From Armatimonadota bacterium (GTDB lineage: Bacteria; Armatimonadota; UBA5829; DTLH01): DNA of 64,000 nt. The stretch is taken from NCBI GenBank assembly GCA_038207085.1, contig JBBRAE010000011.1, positions 1-64,000 on the forward strand, in the 5' to 3' direction. This document shows positions 62,039-64,000 of the stretch, piece by piece. A program made the translations under genes and the position numbers. Under the pieces are notes generated by a model that did no database searches, was not told the DNA's origin, and worked only from the letters and a program-made list of their open reading frames with translations. Position 1 is the stretch's first letter; the number at the start of each line of letters is the position of its first letter.

Positions 62039-64000
62039 ATGATTCATCGCAATAATTCACTTATTTACCTCTTGGTCGCGGTGCTTGCGCTCTTATGCAC
62101 GGCGGCGTGTTTTGGCGCTCCCGGTCGTGAGTCTTCCCCCAAGGTCGTGTTGATTTTGGCCGATTATTTGTCGATTGGCGATATTACGACCAATGCGCCC
62201 CTAGCACTTGCTAATTTCACCCGAGAGAGTGGGGTGGCTCTTCTTATACCGAGCGCCACTAGCGCTCATAACCCTGAAGCAAGCTACGCGTCGGCGAGCG
62301 CCGGAGCTAACTGCTGGGGAAGCGAGGAGGTTGATGGGGCCTACAACGCCCGCGAGATCATCCCAAATGAAAACGCGGACGCGGGCACCGTCTTTTCCCG
62401 TCGCACGGGGATTATGCATCAGGCTCCGATAGTCCTGCCCGAGCTCTTCCAGCTTCGCCAGATGAATAAGGCAAAGGGAGCGGTCTCCCTGCCCGGAGCG
62501 CTTGGGGATGAACTTGTGCGAGCCGGGAAGCGAGTCGCTGTGTTTGGCAACTCGGATCCGGGCGATGTTCCGAGGCGCAGGGCTGCCGTAATCGGCGCGA
62601 CGAGCGAAGGGCTGATCGGGATGGGTGACATTGGCGGTGATCTTCTAAAGCGCGAGCTGTTAAGCGCTACAGGCTATGTGACTAATGTTGACTTACTAGC
62701 CCGAAAAGTCGATGACGCGCTCGCCGTCGCCGACTTTGTGATCGTCGACTTCGGCGACACCGACAGGGTGAACCTGCTGCGTGAACATTTGTCGGATGAG
62801 GCCTACCGGGCGCATCAGGCAAGTGCGATCAAGAACCTTGACGCTCTTCTTTCGCGTATTCTAAGTGGCAGAGCTTCAAAAGCGACGGTAATGCTGGCTT
62901 CGATGGTCGCGCCCGTCGACTCCAACGGTGAACGCCGGGAGCTTGGCCCGGTTGTGGTGCGGCGTCCCGGTGTTGGACCGGGTTTGTTGGTCTCAGCTAC
63001 GACGCGCACTCCTGGCCTTGTCTCTGCCGCCGACTTTGCCCCGACTGTGCTTCGTTCGCTTGGGGTAGCCATCCCAAGGAGTATGATTGGCGGTTCGATC
63101 GACTCTGTGCCCGGAAACGCGGCGCAGGTGACTCGGCTGTCTAGGCTCGTTGTGCTGGACCGGACGATAATCGTATGGGTGCTTGCCGTGATCGGCGGCC
63201 TTGGTATCGTAGTGATTACGCTTGGAGCTGCGGCGCTTGCGTTTGGTCGTGCGAGGCAGAACTCGGTGGCTCTCAGGGCGCTTTTGGTGCTGGTGTCGTC
63301 CTCGCCGCTTGCTGTGCTTTTTGCGACCCTTGGTGAGCCCGCAGTCGTGCCATTCGTGACAAGGCTTGTCGCGTGGGCTGTTGCTCTAACGGTGGGTTCG
63401 TTTGTCGTCGCTGGATTGATCGTCAAACTAGCCGGTGATCGGCTCCGGCTGCTTCCGGGCGGGCTCCCTGTGCTTGTGTTGATGGTTACTACCTGTGCTG
63501 CGATATTCGTCGACGCACTGCTAGGCGGAGAATTTAGTAGGTTTACCGTGCTAAGTGCCGGTAGGTTTGACGGTTACAGGTTTTACGGGATCGGGAACGA
63601 GTACATGGGCGTTTGGCTCGGGATGGCGCTTGTGTCGATGGTTTGGATCGGCGAGTGCTTCCCTGAGTGGTCGCACAGTTGGCGGGGCAGGGCGGTTGTC
63701 TTGCTTATCTCACTTGCAACTGTCGCCGCGCTCGGCTTTCCGAGGTTCGGCGCAAACGCTGGAGGCGCAGTTGCGGCTGTTGTCGGATTGGGGCTGGTCT
63801 ACAAAGCTGGCGTCGCGAGAAGATTTCGGGCGCGTGACGTGTTCATATTGCTCGCAGCCGGTTTTGGGCTTGTGGCGTTGATCGGAATCGCCGATGTGAT
63901 GCTCTCACACGGCGCGCCGTCTCACATTGGGCGCGCCGCCGCGATCAGCGGAACCGTGTGGCACAGCTATCTCGGCACGATGGCGATACGAAAAGTCTCG
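62039..64000 (+). CDS. Uncharacterised membrane protein (signal peptide, alkaline-phosphatase-like soluble region, polytopic C-terminus); runs off window end
   Basis: Manual translation starts MIHRNNSLIYLLVAVLALLC...KVVLILAD; in-frame TPGLVSAADFAPT, YRFYGIGNEYMG, FGANAGG, SHIGR; absent from the ORF track, consistent with no stop in the window. Confidence 0.75.
   Translation, partial: MIHRNNSLIYLLVAVLALLCTAACFGAPGRESSPKVVLILADYLSIGDITTNAPLALANFTRESGVALLIPSATSAHNPEASYASASAGANCWGSEEVDGAYNAREIIPNENADAGTVFSRRTGIMHQAPIVLPELFQLRQMNKAKGAVSLPGALGDELVRAGKRVAVFGNSDPGDVPRRRAAVIGATSEGLIGMGDIGGDLLKRELLSATGYVTNVDLLARKVDDALAVADFVIVDFGDTDRVNLLREHLSDEAYRAHQASAIKNLDALLSRILSGRASKATVMLASMVAPVDSNGERRELGPVVVRRPGVGPGLLVSATTRTPGLVSAADFAPTVLRSLGVAIPRSMIGGSIDSVPGNAAQVTRLSRLVVLDRTIIVWVLAVIGGLGIVVITLGAAALAFGRARQNSVALRALLVLVSSSPLAVLFATLGEPAVVPFVTRLVAWAVALTVGSFVVAGLIVKLAGDRLRLLPGGLPVLVLMVTTCAAIFVDALLGGEFSRFTVLSAGRFDGYRFYGIGNEYMGVWLGMALVSMVWIGECFPEWSHSWRGRAVVLLISLATVAALGFPRFGANAGGAVAAVVGLGLVYKAGVARRFRARDVFILLAAGFGLVALIGIADVMLSHGAPSHIGRAAAISGTVWHSYLGTMAIRKVS

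Overview
Bacterial chromosomal window, mostly core genome. The lineage is probably a diderm Terrabacteria member, tentatively Armatimonadota-like; this is inferred from TolC occurring together with a CIRCE element, an L10-leader attenuator and RNA polymerase insertions, and is unverified. 1-13.4 kb: tuf(3' end)-rpmG-tRNA-Trp-secE-nusG-rplKAJL-rpoBC, with several lineage-specific RNA polymerase insertions. 13.5-36 kb: a PAS/anti-sigma-type kinase, metY-metX-metW, a K+ channel-like protein, tRNA-Sec, serC, a small basic ORF, a DehI-like protein, groESL with CIRCE, rhaA, an RND efflux operon with an internal MarR, pyk and eno. 36-56.7 kb, the most striking region: a co-oriented ~20.7-kb cluster of one GT2 polyprenyl-phosphate sugar synthase-like gene and eleven GT-C-type membrane glycosyltransferases, seven of them tandem TMTC-like GT-C+TPR paralogues. 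It is a candidate bacterial protein/envelope glycosylation system. 57-64 kb: a membrane protein, a PfkB kinase, a DUF433/PIN toxin-antitoxin pair, alaS and a partial membrane protein. A 73-bp nested-palindrome MITE-like element with YTAG target duplications occurs four times. No CRISPR array, rRNA, transposase or prophage was seen.
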